Positions 1 through 12,808 are shown, numbered from the stretch's first letter. The stretch: 31,197 nt of DNA from Vermamoeba vermiformis (GCA_045837725.1 JBEWZL010000008.1:186001-217197), one strand, 5' to 3'. Program-made: numbers and translations. Notes: generated from the letters alone by a model not told the origin.

Positions 1-2458
1 CTCTAGCAATCTATTGTCTCATTAGTGTCTGTGCGCACCGATTACAATAATCCTTACGATTTGTAGAGCTCTTCCAAGTGCTGCAATGTCGATCTGCGCT
101 TGATCAAAGGGATGCCGGTGGCTAACGGGAGAGTAAGCATTTATCGATTTCATTCACCTTAGTTACTTACTAGCTACTACTTTCTGATAGTATTGAGATC
201 TCAGGAAGTTTGGCAAGAACTCTGAGCGCACCATCGTGGTAACGAGCTCCATCACGCCGCTGAACAACTCGGGATCTGCAGCTTCAACACCTTGCAGTAT
301 AGTCTATTTAACGTGTTAGATAGCCACGCGGCGACGGCGGGAGTACGTACCTGATGATCGACTTGTGTAGCATCAAATCCAAGCCCGTCTTCGCTTTCTG
401 GATCTATGTACTTGTTGTACAAAAGTGGTGCCATAATTTTGCGCTTATCTGCTTGAGAGTGCTTGTACAGTTCTAAAACAGGATTGTACGGTAAGTACAT
501 ACTACATTTAGGCTATGTATTAATTTTACACGTACCAGCACTGACCAAGAAGGAGAACATAGTGTCCGCGTACACGCTGTACAAATATTCTCTGAAGGCC
601 AAGGTAATGTCTCGTTGGAACAGTAAGTCCGCGATAGTAATTGTCTTGGTTCTAATTTTGACTTCGAGCACTTTTCTGCTTGATTTGAGCTCGTTTTGTT
701 TGAACATCGTTGTGTTTTGTCTGAATACGCAATTGTCGTTAGCAAAGCGGTTGTGACTGATCGTTATTAGAATAGGGGACTTACTTGAGTTGGGTCAAGT
801 TATCGAATAGAGCCAAGGCGTTACGGACGGAGTCGCTAAGCGTGATGGCCTCCATGTGCGCCGCTAGGTCAGCTGAAAGAATGAACTGCGGAAAGTGTCT
901 CAGATTCATCATGCGGAAGATGTAGTTCGTAACGTCTTGGAACGTTGTCTTGGTAGGATTATCGTGCACCTCACGCTCGAAAGCCTAGGGTAACGTAATC
1001 TAATTAGTTTCAAGGCCTTTAAATTGACAACCACTTCATTCGTAGCTTTGAATGACTTACAGATTTGTTTATCAACTCAGGAACAAGAGATGGATTGGGC
1101 GTAATGTACTTTTGATAAATGTTAACAGCTCTTGGGGTGAGTGAAGTCTCGGTCGCCAAACGGTAAATTTCTGCAACGAATTCGTAAATTTCAGATGAGT
1201 ATTGCCACGTTAATTAATCAATTCTAACGTACCAATCTCAAACGCTAGGAGAAGAGCGTCTATTAATTTGATTGATTCAAGGTAGCTTGCGAATCCGGCG
1301 CACAACTCCTTGTTGTAGAACACATCGCTGTAAGAGAGTTCGTTATCTTCCACGATATCCATGGTAGCCCGCTTAGATAAGAATTCATTGAGCTTTTCCA
1401 TGGTACCAGCTTCGATCGTAGGTATTAATGCCAAATTCCGGATTTACAACCTAGAACTTTTTTGCATGTACTTACCTCTACCCTTTCTAGTTTCGATTTC
1501 CTCTTCACTCGAAGCTATATACGATATCATTAGATACCTTCCACAAGCGTACCAGGTACATACAATCGACGATCTCTTGGAAGAACTTGGACTTCTTGTA
1601 GCCAGCCCAGCATTGCATGGAAAGAATCGCCCAAAGCTGTTCTTGCACTTCGGAGAAGGTGTCCTTCTGAGGATTCTCGAGTGCCTTCTTTCTGAGGTCC
1701 TAAAACCAAATTGAAACTCCGATCAGATGCGTTCAAATTCGGTTTGAATTTTCCTACCTCGACGTCGAAGTTATCTACATAGAGATAGTACTCGCTGGAT
1801 TCTTCGAAGTACTTATGGAATATTTCTTGAGCTCGTTTTTCTCTTTGAGCGAGCGAAACCATCGAGTACAATTCTAACGGGTTCGATCAGATGCGAAAAT
1901 TGGCGTATTTTCGGATAAAATACCTGCTTCGAGCCAGAATGATAATGTTTCGTTGGCGTGGATACTATGAAGATATTTTCTGAAGCTGGCCATGACAATC
2001 ACGTTGTTCAAGGCTTCATCCAGTCTCAGAGCCGGATTGGCGTTCAGTAATGATGAAGTTCTCTTTCTCTCGGCAGTGTCACTACAATCATATCAGCATT
2101 GGGCGAACTTTAAACGCCTAAGTAAGCATTGCGAATAATTTGTTGGATGGATTGAAAATTTCATTTTCGATTACAACGTGCAAATCAATAATCGGAGTTA
2201 TAAGATTTTTTTAGAAGCGATGACTATAAGATAGGTATGTTTTAAATTTAAAGCTAAATTCTTGAAGTTGGAAACTAATCCGGTACAAAAAAAATACGCA
2301 AAGCCAAAAGTTATCGGCGCTAATACTTACTTGTAGTTCGAAAGGATTTTTGACGCACCCATCTTCGTCAAATGTGGGCTTTCTGTGCTTTCTGAAGCGT
2401 CCAGGTCGGATTCAGAAGAATAGTACTTGTTCGCTTTGCTTTTTCCAAGACACGCCAT
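1..2458 (-). CDS. Multi-RGS (regulator of G-protein signalling) domain protein, spliced, 3' end runs off the window
   Basis: Exon 1 2458-2331 (MACLGKSKANK...) splices in frame to 2081. Three RGS-like starts: 'LDEALNNVIVMASFRKYLHSIHANETLSFWLEAE', 'YSDVFYNKELCAGFASYLESIKLIDALLLAFEI' and 'IADLLFQRDITLAFREYLYSVYADTMFSFLVSA'. Each is followed by an A-x-x-(I/L)-(F/Y)-x-K-Y helix. Internal exon boundaries are approximate. Confidence 0.75.
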
Positions 2459-2634
2459 TGAGGATTATTGTTGCGCTATGATGAACTCGTTATTGATTTA
2501 TCAACTTTTGGTACAACTTGCTAAAAATTATCAATTTTCTAAATTTGGATTTCAGACTGATCACGTGCCTTGAAATTTAAAAACCTCACCTTGGTTCTAT
2601 TTGTAATGCCTGCAATATTAAATAGATAATCACA

Positions 2635-4070
2635 ATGGCTGATTTGAAGGAAATTGAATCTCACAAAACTTTTGGCGGATGGGTGCGTCGTTTTTCTCAT
2701 ACCAGTAAAGTCTGCAATTGCACAATGAATTTTTACGTCTTCGTACCCGCTCAAGCGGAGCACCAAAAGGTCCCTGTAAGTACACATAATATTAGAGATA
2801 TTTTTTCTGATTTTAGAAAATTAATTTTGCGTGTCAGATCCTCTATTTCCTCAGCGGACTTACCTCCACCGACGAAAATTTCATAATCAAGGCCGGCGCT
2901 CAAGAGCACGCCGCTAAGCATGGCTTATTATTGGTTGCTCCTGATACGAGTCCTCGTGAGTGCAAAAAAACTTGTTTATCGAATTTAAACATATTTGGCC
3001 TCGTGGCCATCAACATATTTAATTAATATTTTATCTAATATTAACACCATCAGGTGGCTTGAATATTGAGGGCGACAATGCCAGCTGGGACTTTGGTAAG
3101 TTTTTCAATTTTTTTTTCCTTGTATTCAATTCAACTGCTAATCTATTCATTGTACTCCATGCCTACGAGCTCTAATTATAATAATGGATTAGGTGTTGGT
3201 GCTGGATTTTACGTGGATGCGACTGAGCCCAAGTGGTCAGCGGGTTATAACATGTACAGCTACATCACAAAGGAATTGCCCGAGCTCATTAAATCTAACT
3301 TCAACGTGTTGCCTAATAAGGAGAGCTTGTTCGGCTTTTCAATGGGCGGTCACGGTGCTTTGATTACTGCTTTCAAAAATCCTGGTCGATATTCTGTAAG
3401 TATCTCTCATATGAAACGTTATACTTTAAATATTATTATGGTCGTTACCATCAATTATAATTGGTTAGCGTGCGTTCTTGTCGTAAAAAAATTATCGTTT
3501 GATATGCCATATTTTTGACTCTATTTTGTATAGTCCGTCACTGCTTTTGCCCCCATTAGCAATCCTTCTAACTGCCCTTGGGGAAAGAAGGCTCTTACTG
3601 GTTACTTAGGCGCCGATCAAGAAAAGTGGAAGGTACGTCGTTTCGTAAAAGTGACACTTTGACACGCGATGCAAAACTATTGTATGAGGCAGGCATTGAT
3701 CATTTCACTGAAATACCATTTAACTCGTGACAAATAGCATATTTTATAATACGGAGTATATTGAGACTTTCTGTAAATTGTCCAAATGACGTCGTGTGGT
3801 AACGGATCTTGATAGGAATATGACGCGACGGAATTGGTCAAGAAGTACCACGGTCCTAACCTTCACATTATCATCGATCAAGGCACCAAGGACAAGTTCC
3901 TGGCCGAGCAATTGTTGCCCGAGAACTTCGTCAATGCCGTGAAGAGCCGTCAAGATCAGTCAGTCACCGTTGATCTTAGAATGCAAGCCGACTACGATCA
4001 TTCCTTCTTCTTCGTCGCTAGCTTTGTTGGCGAGCACATTGACTTCCACGCTAAGCATTTGAAGGCTTAA
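2635..4070 (+). CDS. ESD: S-formylglutathione hydrolase (esterase D), multi-exon
   Basis: Motifs '[14 protein letters not shown]', 'PDTSPR', '[10 protein letters not shown]...[12 protein letters not shown]', nucleophile '[10 protein letters not shown]', '[14 protein letters not shown]' and 'YDHSFFF', separated by short GT-AG introns. Confidence 0.95.
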
Positions 4071-4816
4071 ACCTGGTTATTGTAGCAAGCGGTGAATAGA
4101 ATCCGGATTTAGATCCATCTGACGTCTTCGTTTCTCAGTTTTTTTGAATATTACTAATGACATTGTCTATGTAAGGTACACCTTTCAAGGGTTAGAAAGA
4201 ACTTGCGAATATTCAGATCTATGGCCATACCAACGGAAGTGAGCTTGTGGAGGCCATCGACAGAACATCTTTTTAGCGCCCAATAAGGTACTATCAATGT
4301 TACTAATTACTGCGCATCACTTACTGCCAATACTTAGTTGCAATGCGGGACAGGACATTTTGAATTACACGCGGGATTTGAAATTTCGTCAAATTCCGAA
4401 AGTCCGCTGGTGAATAGGGTGCTAGTCTAGCGCATTATTTCCTGTTGTACGATTGCACTTCGACCAAATTCCTGCAAGAGGTAAGTGTAAGATCCCGTCA
4501 ATTTGAATGGATCTCGGCCTGGTTAGGTTGTACATCGGTTCCGAGAACGAAATATGTATTAACAGATGCTATTTCACTCGTTGCTATGATGTGCAGGCCT
4601 CAGACAGCTTCCTGCGCGAGATCAGATGGCAATTCAGTACTTTTTTGGGCACTTTGAGCCGCTCTTCATAGCAGTTTGTTAGAAAACGCGAAAATTGATG
4701 GTTTCAAGTCATTTCGGGTAGGCGTAAAGTTTCACAACAGCTTTCGTTTTTGCCTTTTTTGAGAACACATGATTTTCAGCGCTCCGCTGTAAATTATTCA
4801 ACTTTAATTAACCACA

Positions 4817-6684
4817 ATGGACAGCACGTCGCAAGAAGAAATTAATCAACGCAAATATATTTCATTGGCTTGCCAAAATTGCCGAGATAAACATCGTAGA
4901 TGCGATGGAAAAAATCCTTGCAACAGATGTATGGCTATAAAAGTAAAGTGCGTATACACTTCAACGAAGCCTCGAGGTGGATACCGCAGAAGAGACCCAG
5001 TGAAGAAGGCCACCCCAACCATACAAACAGCGATCCATCAAGCAACAGGTTCGAAATTTATTTTAAATTAAATAATTAATTAATTTTAATCATCTCCAGT
5101 AGCTGCTCCTACGATGCCGTTGCCTAACCAAGAGTTGAGTATCTACATTGATTATTATGCCAGCATCCACGCGAAAAATTCTGCTTCTTGGGACAACTAC
5201 CGTATTCCTTCCAGTCTATCAAATTTAAGTAAGTCAAATCATCGTTGGATCGTTATACAATCGACTAATATTATTTACGAAGATACCGAACAAAAGTTTC
5301 GGGTTAGCGCGACACTCGCAATGACAGCTTTGACACTTGGACATTTGACGCAAGGCCACATGCTTCTGGATCAAGCAAAGTAAGATCAGCACGAACATCG
5401 AACTAGTAGAGTCATCTAACGCATTAATAGGAGCTACCTTCCGCAAGTGATGTCGAACAGTTCAGTGGATGCACTTCACGGATTCGGTGCACTCGCGCAA
5501 TGTCATACTATGGAATTCGATTATGTAGCATCGTCTAATTACATCAAAGTCGCGAAGAATATTGCCAATTTATTATGGAAGCTACACCGGAACACCAACG
5601 CCAACAATGGGATGAACAGCAAGATTTATGTAACGCTCATGGAAGGATTTGTTGGCGGAAAATTATTTTATTTGAAACATTTGCCGGATAGAAGTCCTCG
5701 TACACTGTAAGTCGTAAAAATTCCTTATTGGAACGAAATTTCGCTAATTTTTTAAACCAGTAAAAAAGCGCGTCGATCGCTAGAAGACCTTGCAGACTTG
5801 ATGCTCGAAATTGCAGTAGATTCGTTAGAGGTGCTGAGTTTTATCAAAGTATGTCATTTTTAGTCTATAGAGTGCATTAGATACTTATCAGTATGAAGGG
5901 AATGTACGCGATTGGCCTCTGCTACGAAGTAGACAACATTTTTGATGCGATGAAGACAGTAGAAAATCTGGCTATGAAATATTCTCCCGCTCTTAAAGAG
6001 TACGTACTTATCAATATAATAGCTATTACTTTATTAACACAAAACTTTGACAGTCATTCAAACATCATCGTGAACTATGTCAATGTGTTAAGATACGCCC
6101 TATTGGATGACGTCACTGAGATGCGTGCTGCGTGTCAAACCTTAATTAAGATATACGATGAGATGTTGAATTACACTACACTAGCTTTGGCTTTATTAAG
6201 CTCGACGACACTCATGTGGTTCGCTTTGGGCCTAAACAGCGAACTTACTCAGGCATGTCAAAGGCGACTCATTTATTAATTTTATTCCTATTCACTAACC
6301 AAAAGCATCTACTAGTTACTTTCAATCGCGCATCGCATGTCAATGTTTTTCCCTGGCTGCAAAGTCATCTGCGAGAGGTTCACGCAAGGCAACCTTTCTG
6401 AGGTCGCCAAATGGAACCCTTTTACAGGAATTCGCGAGAAGTTCCAAGTTTCAATCTCACAACGGGACTCTCAAACTCATAGCCAACAAACTAATAGTAA
6501 CAGCGTTATACAAGCGGATTATAGTCACCTTGAACTATTGTCGTACAGCTCAAGTGACTCGCCGTCAGACCAATGTCAACAAATCAGTCAAGCGTATAGT
6601 GACCATAATAATGACGATATGATCAATCAAGAGTCGGATATGAATTACATTCAAGAAGACTTCATTTTTGATCCGTTGTATTAA
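4817..6684 (+). CDS. Zn(II)2Cys6 (GAL4-type) transcription factor, multi-exon
   Basis: 'ACQNCRDKHRRCDGKNPCNRCMAIKVKCVY' fits CxxC-x6-C-x5-CxxC-x6-C, followed by helical exons and an acidic, Q/S-rich C-terminus ending at 6684. Confidence 0.85.
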
Positions 6685-6894
6685 GATCCGGTCTCCGTGA
6701 CCTGTAGAAAGGCTTTCAATGTTAATAGGATGTAAAATAAAATCGTTTTATCAGCGAGGGTCATAGTCATTTCTAAAATTGTCATAAACAAATAAAATGC
6801 GAGTTTTCGTCAATCGTTGCGGGTTGATTGTTATTTTTTTTCGAAACCATTTTCATTTTTATCCTGCGACGACATCAATAAGAGACAAACCACT

Positions 6895-9706
6895 ATGGAA
6901 AAGGCAACTGGTTTACCCTCGATCTTTCTCGTCTTAGCAATTGTAACTGCCTCGTTTAACTTTGCAAGTGCAGGTAGTGATAAAAAAATATGAAAACATT
7001 ATTCGAATTTTAGTATATTAATCGCTCGATTAATACAGTGAGCTGCGCGGATGGAATGGTGATCGACATGTCTACCGCGACTATTAATCCAAATTACTGC
7101 GCATTTACATACAAAACAAGTAAGTACTTTTGACTATGAAGCTTCAATTACAGAAGAACTTGATTTATTTTTCCGTTAATTAATGTGACCGATCAGGCGT
7201 GGATGGCGCTCGTGGCATGGATTTGGCACCCAATGGAGACTTGTTAGTACTTGCTCGCAATAGTGCCTCAATTATGGCTTTATGGGAAGACGACGCGAAC
7301 GAAACGCAAAGCGCAACTTTATTTACCGGACTTGCCTTGAATCACGCGTTACGTTATCATGAAGGCTATATTTACGCTTCGAGCGATCAAAACGTTTACA
7401 GGATTAATAATTACTGAATTACAAAGAGATTCGCATCGAATCTTGCGTTGATTGCAAAATGTCAGAAAATCTGACGAATCTTCTTGCCTTTTATAGTAAA
7501 GAAGCGTTCCATTTACTTACTGTAATTATCTAACTTACATGACTTATAGATGGGCCTATAATGAATCAAATTACCGTTCGGCTTTGGGTCAATCGCAAGT
7601 CATTTTGCAAGGCATGCCAGCCAAGGGAAATCACGAGACCAGGACACTCGAGTTTGATTCCAACAACCGCGTCTATGTCAAGTACGTGTTAAGGGTCTCT
7701 AGAACTATCCATAATATATACTAACAGTACCATCATAGCATTGGTAGCGCCGATAACATTGACGCAGATAGCAGCCGCGCACGTGTCATTAGATTCACTC
7801 TTGACGGCAGTTATCCTAAGAACTACGGCACCGATACTCAAGTTTTTGGTAGGTCATATTATCTTATATATAAAATCAATTTGAATATTGACAAAGAATC
7901 TTATAGCGGACGGGACCAGAAACGAGGTCGGTTTGAGATTTGACAACCAAGGACGATTGTGGGGAGTTGAGGTACGATCGTGATCATAGTAAATCATATG
8001 AAACTAATATATTATATATAGAACGGTCTGGATAATCTCGGTGTTAGTGGAACTAGAACAGACTTTGGCGACATCCACAACACGAATCCGAGCGAAGAAG
8101 TCAACATGTTCTTGGAGGCCAATGCTGGCCAGTTCTACGGCTATCCTTATTGTTGGAGCGAAGGGCCTGGCACCAACGGCGCTGTTAGTTTTACTCAAGG
8201 ACTTGGCGCTGGTACTCAATGGGCAACTCAAACTAGTGACTCAACGTAAGCCAGCAGAATCATTACATATGATTAATATTAATTATTGGAATATAATATT
8301 AATTATTATTTTATTAAAGTCATACTGATGCGTGGTGCCGCAACACTACCAATAATAAGCCTCCTGTCTACAACTTGCCCGCGCACATCGCGCCTCTCGA
8401 TATTGTGTTCTATAATGGCGATAATATTCCCGATAAGAAGGGTAGAATGGCCATCATCACTTCGCATGGCAGTTGGAACAGGTACGGATCGGATCCACGA
8501 AATTCGAGGAAAGTTCTAATCTCGTTTTAGATTTCCCTCTAAGGGCCGCATGGTTGGATTTTTGAATTTGGACGAGAATGGCAATCCCGTGGACTTTGAA
8601 CAAATCTTTTGGGGCAACAATCCCGGCAGCTTTGGCATCCGCCCAGTGGCAGTAGTTGTTGGCCCGTGCAAAGCCTATGGCGAATGTATTTTCTTCTCGG
8701 ACGATTACGGCATGGCAGTACACGCCCTTGCCTATCTAGGGCCCGATAATCAAGTGCCGCGAGCCCCTACTAGCACTCCTGTGGCCCCGCCAGTTGCGCC
8801 CATTCAAATCGGTCAACCTGTCACTTTGTAAGTCTTTGCACCAATTTCATTACCAACTATAGACCTAATTAATCCGATATAGGAACCTCGGCCCAACTTC
8901 TCTCACTTACACCCTTAGGTAAGTTCTTTTAATATATACCAGTGTTTTTCTGACTCGTGCTTGACAGTGCCGATGAGACCGTGACATTTTCCATTCGTCA
9001 ACAAGCCAAGGGCTGGTTAGCTGTTGGGTTCAACTACGACGGTGCCATGATCACTTCTGAATGCGTGTTGGCATTTAATAACGGAACTGATGTCTTCGGC
9101 GTAAGTACAACGGATCTGCTAATATTTACGGCATGGTGCTGATTTTTTGCAGAAATTTTACCTCCGCAACACCACTGAACAATTGGCCACATGGAACGAT
9201 GACGATTTGATTTCGTGGGACCCGACTGATAATTCACTCGAAATTGACGGTGCAACTGTTGTTTACAACTTCACTCGTCCTTTGGCTAGTGGTATGTTTT
9301 TCGCATTTGTCAAACTCCGAGTGTCATACAAGCATTCCCAAAGCGAAGCTGTCAGTTTCCGTGAAAAAGTTTGACACGTGTCATTCTTTTTGGCTTGTTC
9401 AGGACTAAACTTTTATGTGCAGACCGATTCCCTATTTTGACCAACGGATCTTCGACGTACGTTTTGTTGGCTTGGAACGGCAATGCAGTGCCTTCTCTAG
9501 CTGCCAACGACTTGCCAAAGCACACTGGCCGTGGCGCGTATCCGATCAACTTCATGTACGGCATCATTGGCGATGGCCCTCAAAACCCACCTTTCACGCC
9601 GACTGATGGACCGAATAGCCAACCTACCAAGGTTTCTTCTACATCCTCGTACATGGTTTTGTCGTTGTGGGCTGTTGTTGGTATCATGTTGGCCTGGATC
9701 TTGTAA
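6895..9706 (+). CDS. Secreted glucose/sorbosone (PQQ-dependent, AA12-like) dehydrogenase fused to a C-terminal DOMON domain, probably membrane/GPI anchored
   Basis: Signal peptide MEKATGLPSIFLVLAIVTASFNFASA. Propeller motifs GNHETRTL, DGTRNEVGL, NPSEEVN, PAHIAPLD, TSHGSWNR and IRPV. Then a Pro-rich linker, DOMON 'GWLAVGFNYDGAMITSECVLAF...LLAWNG...PKH', and a hydrophobic C-terminus. Confidence 0.8.
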
Positions 9707-9756
9707 TTAATAACTAAGCTTTATGTTTACCATATACAATCGATTAGTGAGTTGAA

Positions 9757-10696
9757 TTAGCAAAACGCGGCAACGAGGATCAGCGAAACAACGCTGATTG
9801 CAAGTTGATTGGAGCCAGAGGCTACTCGCAAAGGTCGTACTTTGATCGGTGTTGCCACTGGATTTGCTGCGGGTGTTTCAGAGGCATCGGGAGTCACGCT
9901 AGGAATCGACATGGGGGAATCTGCGGGAGATTCAACGGGAGATTCAACAGGAGCGGTGACAGGTGTTGAAACGGGACTTGACGCGGGAGAATCAATGGGA
10001 GATTGCACCGGAGATTCCGCGGGAGCTGCAACGGGTACGTAGCACTCGTCCACACATTTACCAGTGGCAGCACTGCACGTTGAGTTGTAACAGCCGTCAG
10101 GAACGACGCAAGTCACGCCTGTTCCCACGCAAACACCACTTTGACAGGTGTCAAGGTCAGTGCACGGGTCATCGTCGGAACAACTGAGGCCTTCTCCTTG
10201 CGCCGCGACACATCCGTCGATTGGATCGCATTCAAAGCATTGATCGCACTTGAGGTGAGAAACGGGCGTGCAAACACCTGATTGACAGGTATTGACACTG
10301 CAAACAGTTCCAAGGTCACAAGAGTCACCCTCGTTCTTGTCAATGCATGGCTCGGGCATCCACATCTCTCTTGTCCAACCGCTGTTGGTATCGAGAGTAG
10401 CGCCGCAGCGAAATCCGTACGACAATAATCCTGGCGATCCTGGGACGAACAAACAATTAGTAGTGGATTCGTTACGTTAACGTTTTTTAATAGGCTTACT
10501 GTCAGCACTCCAGCAGAGTTTCAATTCAGGATAGGAACCAGATCGGAAGTCGCAAGTGTCCTTTTGAATGTAATCGCCTTGTTTGGCAAATCCGATAGCT
10601 TGGGTGTCATGAAAGTACCAATCGACGCCATTGTCATTGGTAACAGCTTGAAAGTTGTACCCAGTGTCAGTGAGCACTGCAGTTCTTTGACCAGTA
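9757..10696 (-). pseudogene. 3' part of a Cys-rich cell-surface protein gene interrupted by the transposon
   Basis: Exon 10696-10500 (TGQRTAVLTDTG...WYF...IGFA...CW), intron 10499-10440, exon 10439-9757 with Cys repeats (CSDDDPCTDLDTCQSGVC), a P/S/E stalk and a hydrophobic tail. It joins the 5' part in frame once the element is removed. Confidence 0.85.
9905..10035 (-). repeat. Imperfect 12-bp coding repeat (P-x-x-S/T) forming a mucin-like stalk
   Basis: Translation PAESPVQSPIDSPASSPVSTPVTAPVESPVESPADSP; DNA units such as gggagattcaac repeat on the + strand. Confidence 0.8.
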
Positions 10697-10724
10697 CTGT
10701 AAACTGCCAAATAACTCATAAAAA
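10697..10724 (+). repeat. Left terminal inverted repeat
   Basis: CTGTAAACTGCCAAATAACTCATAAAAA, preceded by TA. Confidence 0.96.
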
Positions 10725-10758
10725 TTAATTGGTTTGTTTTCATAACTTTATTTAGCAA

Positions 10759-12808
10759 TTAATTGAGCATTCGCTCTACATTGATGGACACTAAGTGTTC
10801 TTCATTGCCGTTGAGGTTATTCGATATGCCACAAATTTTGAAACTTTTTTCTACTAACTCTTTTGGAATTCGACTCCATGCGGTAATCACCCAATTTGCC
10901 ACCAGCTGCTTTGTAGTCTTCATGAATGTTGCTTGGCTGGCTCGCCAGTTATCATGCAGTGTGCGAAATTGTTGTTTAAAAGCCTTGTTTATTGAGACAT
11001 CCAGCGGTTGAACTACGGGCGTGCATGAAGGAGGAATCAGCACACGCTTTGTAAAGCTGTCTTTTTTGGAAGATTCGCACTGAATATGGCCACTAAACTC
11101 GTCCCAAATAAGCAGGTTATGTGCCGAACCAACATGTTTGAGCCATATTTTGTCCAGCCATAACCTTGTTAGCTCAGTATTGTTCCATGCATTTTCTTGA
11201 AAGCAGATTTGAGCTACTTTTGTCGACAATACAACATCACTAATTGATCTTTTTGTTTTGCCCCGAAAGATGATCATTGGAGGCAACTTAGATCCATCAG
11301 CCATTACTGCCAAAACCACTGTAATTCGACGTCTGGTTGATCCTGAAGTCTTGACTACAACTGTTTTTGCTCCTCGACGGTGGATTACTTTGCGTGGAGG
11401 TACTTCAAAATATATAGGGACTTCATCCATATTCCCAATCAACTTTGATGGAATAGCAAATTGCTGACGTGCACACAGAACAGATGACCAGAAATCAATC
11501 AGTTTTGGGCGCAACTCTTCCATTGGATAAAGCTTGGAGGTAGCTACAGTTGGGGTCCTCAAGGACATATGCTGTCGTCTAAGGAAGCCTTGAAGCCATT
11601 TATCTGATGCGCAGAATCCGGCCTTAATTAATTGCGCTTTGTCTTTTACATCTTGACGAGTGACCGCCAGCTTGCGGTCTCGACGACCAGCAATCCACGA
11701 GGCCAATTCTATCTCTTGGTTTTCACTCATCACTGGTTTACGTCCTCCACCATGCTTGCGCAAACGGCCGAACGCAAAAGCGCGCTGTCGCCAACCATAA
11801 AGTGTTGGCTTTGGTATCAAATACTTTTGAGACGCATAATTGACCCCATATTGCTTCATTTCATTAAGAATAAACATTAATTTGCTAGGATTTTGCTTTA
11901 ATGTATTGTAAGAAACAATTCGACGTTTGATAACAACTGGTGTCGCCACAATGGGTCGCATCTGTCGTTGAGTCTTAGGAACGGTGTCTGAATTAAGACG
12001 AGCCTCAAGGTAATGAAATTTATCTATAGTTATAAAGGAATGAGATTGAATATGATTTCAAAGTGCAACGACAGCCAACGAGTGAGCCACCAGGCGACCA
12101 GTGACAGACCCGTTAACCAGCCGCTCCGCAGCAAAACCAGACTCTGAACCTCACTTACCTGAGAATGGAATGACAGGATAATCACATTGAATAGCAGGAG
12201 GATTGTTGGACTGGGGTTCTACATTGGTGGAGCTGCTGTGTTTGGATCTCTTTGGGCTCTGAGTTTGACTATCTAATTTTGTTAGTAATTGAGTGATTTT
12301 GATGCGATTTTTTTTGTTTATAGTCAATTAGACTGTGCGCATTCAGAATATGAAAACAGAATTCAATTAGCTGTTGATGTAAGCTAGAAACGCGTGCCGC
12401 AAGACCCGCGAAAAATTTGAGTCATTGCACTCTAACTTAGCTTAATGCAAACAGATTTTGGAGTATCTTATATGTAGAATATGGTTATTTAATATGCTGA
12501 ATACGAATTTGCTATTGAAAATTGATTCCGAGCTCATGCGATCCCAATCGAGAATTTTCGATTTGGATTTAATTTTTGTACCAAGTTGTACTGAGCTTAA
12601 TAACCTTAAATACACTATGAATAATATATATATTACCTTTATTTGCTAGTTTGGGTGCTTTTCTTGCAGGTCGATTTTGTTTCTTGGTGCTCAGATGTGT
12701 TTCAGCCTGTTCATCTGCAAAGCTCTTGGTATGGCGTCCCCTGGGTCTATCTCTTCTATTTAAGGATCCAGGCTTTAATTGCTTAAAAAACCTCTCTCTT
12801 GTGGTCAT
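10759..12808 (-). CDS. pogo-family transposase (HTH + CENP-B-type HTH + DDE_1), predicted 516 aa from 3 exons
   Basis: Exons 12808-12637, 12272-12159 and 12023-10759 join in frame through GT-AG introns (1551 nt). HTH 'YASQKYLIPKPTLYGW', CENP-B HTH 'EIELASWI...FCASDKWLQGFLRR', catalytic NMDE / IWDEFSGH / QPLDVSINKAF (DD33D). The core exon is certain; the upstream exons are predicted. Confidence 0.9.
12280..12581. repeat. Left arm of a 302-bp perfect internal inverted repeat, inside transposase intron 1
   Basis: Base-by-base reverse complement of 13135-13436, with no mismatches found. Confidence 0.97.

Noticed and set aside
4220-4530. 5S rRNA-like words GGCCATACC and GGCCTGGTTAG
   Set aside because: They are about 290 bp apart with no similarity between them; probably chance.
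9809-10480. Plus-strand ORFs over the surface-protein exon
   Set aside because: Antisense shadows of a low-complexity coding repeat.
12458-12649. 63-aa ORF on the + strand in the left arm
   Set aside because: TTG start, antisense to a predicted intron and no recognisable motif.
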